Part shown: positions 38,815 through 39,960 of the stretch, piece after piece
How positions within the stretch are numbered: position 1 is the stretch's first letter
How the letters are laid out: every line of letters starts with the position of its first letter
Virus record (IMG/VR): IMGVR_UViG_3300044706_000011
Coordinates: 1-39,960 of that record
DNA from: a virus
DNA: 39,960 nt
Strand: one strand, 5' to 3'
Program-made: the position numbers and the translations under genes
Notes under the pieces: model-generated
The model's input: the letters and a program-made list of their open reading frames with translations, nothing else
Database searches by the model: none
What the model was told of the DNA's origin: nothing

Positions 38815-39161
38815 CCTTGACGATTACCGCAAAACAGATGGTAGCGCCGCAGCCACTGACGGATGCTGATGCAGCGTATTACACGGTGCCAGCGAATACG
38901 ACGGGCGTTATCAAGCGCGCGACGTTCACGAACACGAGCGCAGGTGCGGTCACGATCACGGCCAACATCGTTGCTGCTGGGGGCTCGTCGTCTGCCGCAA
39001 ACCGCGTGATCGACCCGCAGGACACCGTGCTCTCACCGGGGCAAACCTATGTGGCCCCCGAACTGTCCGGCAAGACGATGCCGGCCGGGACGATGGTTCG
39101 AATGCTTGCCAGTGTTACGGGAGTGGTGACGGCAGCCGTGGATGGAGTGGAGATCGTCTGA
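38811..39161 (+). CDS. Hypothetical virion-module protein (116 aa, TTG start)
   Basis: TTGA overlap upstream and TGATG downstream. Confidence 0.55.
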   Translation: MTLTITAKQMVAPQPLTDADAAYYTVPANTTGVIKRATFTNTSAGAVTITANIVAAGGSSSAANRVIDPQDTVLSPGQTYVAPELSGKTMPAGTMVRMLASVTGVVTAAVDGVEIV

Positions 39162-39526
39162 TGACGCCGGCCGAATGCATCTACGAATCGGTAAAGGACA
39201 GCATCTCGCTGCCCTTCGATGCATTCGTGCTCGCGACAGGCGATTGGAAGTTCATCCCGGTGATGGAAGGTGGCCAGATGATCGGCGCCGTGATGAAGAA
39301 GGACAACGAGCTGCATGTTGGCTTCGTGCGTCAGGGAGCATGCATTCGTGACCACATCCGGCGAATCCTCGGTGATGTTCTGGCTACGTACGGTTCTGCA
39401 GTGACGATGGTTCGCAAGTCGAACGCGCGTGGGTTGAGGTTTTGCGAGCGCCTCGGATTCGAAAAGACTCATGAGGAAAACGGCGTCGTTTTCATGAAAT
39501 GCTTGAGGTGCAAATATGTTCAGTAG
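39161..39526 (+). CDS. Hypothetical protein with a weak GNAT-like C-terminal motif (121 aa)
   Basis: ARGLRFCERLGFEKTHEENGVVFMKC resembles the GNAT beta4-alpha3 end, but the functional call is weak. Confidence 0.6.
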   Translation: MTPAECIYESVKDSISLPFDAFVLATGDWKFIPVMEGGQMIGAVMKKDNELHVGFVRQGACIRDHIRRILGDVLATYGSAVTMVRKSNARGLRFCERLGFEKTHEENGVVFMKCLRCKYVQ

Positions 39527-39960
39527 GTATCGGCAAAAAGCGTTAGGCGATGCGCGCCTGATGGACCCGGCAACGGCCGTTCTTGGCGCTGCTGGCGCGG
39601 GGGTCGTAGGCAGCGTGCTCGGATCGAACGCATCGAAGGATGCGGCGCAGACTGGCGCCAATGCTACCAACCACGCCTCCGACCTGCAGATGCAGCAGTT
39701 CCAGCAGATGCAGCAGAATCTGGCGCCGTACATGCAGCTTGGTACGTCATCTATCCCTATGCTGCAGCAGATGCTGAGCGGCTCGCGCCTGAACACGCCA
39801 TTCTCGTTCAATCCGACGATGGAGCAACTGGAGCAGACGCCGGGCTACCAGTTCACGCTCCAGCAGGGCAACAAGGCGCTTGACAATGCGATGGCGGCAA
39901 AGGGTCTGAGCTTGTCCGGCGCGCAGTTGAAGGGCCTCGATGCCTATAACACGGGCCTCG
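39516..39960 (+). CDS. N-terminal part of the wrap-around internal virion protein (continues at base 128 of the circle, ends at 507)
   Basis: ATG 39516 with GAGGTG SD. Open to the window end and in phase with 1-507 through the 127-bp overlap. Confidence 0.75.
   Translation, partial: MFSRYRQKALGDARLMDPATAVLGAAGAGVVGSVLGSNASKDAAQTGANATNHASDLQMQQFQQMQQNLAPYMQLGTSSIPMLQQMLSGSRLNTPFSFNPTMEQLEQTPGYQFTLQQGNKALDNAMAAKGLSLSGAQLKGLDAYNTGL
39834..39960. repeat. Second copy of the terminal overlap (equals bases 1-127)
   Basis: Base-for-base identity with the window start. Confidence 0.95.

Noticed and set aside
34758-39161. Looked for a diversity-generating retroelement (template/variable repeat pair plus reverse transcriptase) near the fibre-like genes
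   Set aside because: No reverse-transcriptase-like ORF exists anywhere in the window, and I saw no ~100-150-bp near-repeat of a fibre-gene 3' end.
1-39960. CRISPR arrays, rRNA genes or complete tRNA genes
   Set aside because: No regularly spaced direct-repeat array was seen. The only tRNA-like sequences are the 40-nt tRNA-Arg fragment at attP and the element at 15911-16014 that lacks an anticodon.

Overview
This window is a complete, circularly closed genome of a temperate tailed phage. Its unique length is 39,833 bp, and bases 1-127 recur at 39834-39960. It is GC-rich and probably comes from a Burkholderiales-type host (inference only). The organisation is lambdoid.

- **Late operon (+ strand):** small and large terminase (28.3-29.9 kb), a mini HAD-like ORF, portal, scaffold, P22-coat-like capsid and head-tail/tail-hub proteins. 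Three internal virion proteins, one with an SLT transglycosylase domain, wrap across the window ends. A beta-helix tailspike lies at 4.4-6.2 kb.
- **Lysis cassette (6.3-8.2 kb):** membrane/holin proteins, GH24 endolysin, and Rz with embedded Rz1.
- **attP (8.5-8.8 kb):** a 40-nt tRNA-Arg(UCU) 5' fragment flanked by GCTCCGCAA arm repeats.
- **Early-left operon (- strand, 8.8-17.9 kb):** int and a xis-like gene, a Lar-like protein, Erf recombinase, and many translationally coupled small ORFs.
- **Immunity region:** PL, an AT-rich moron, a CI-like repressor, divergent PRM/PR sharing ATTAGCC-N3-GGCTAAT operators with PL, and a Cro-like gene.
- **Early-right operon (+ strand):** O-like initiator with an internal iteron origin, DnaB, C5 methyltransferase, Ref-like HNH, RuvC-like resolvase and a late regulator.

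The most unusual feature is a 1.19-kb ORF-free, hairpin-dense island (15625-16811, read on the - strand). It contains a tRNA-shaped element with no anticodon loop and two copies of a ~125-nt module with conserved inverted termini and unrelated cores. A third module copy lies beyond attP, in a position like lambda sib.

Two other leads stand out. A 36-58-aa ORF upstream of erf ends in the SSB C-terminal tip motif (DDDLIPF). A 267-codon stop-free +1 frame is co-extensive with the methyltransferase gene.

All calls come from reading the sequence and ORF track by eye; no searches were run.
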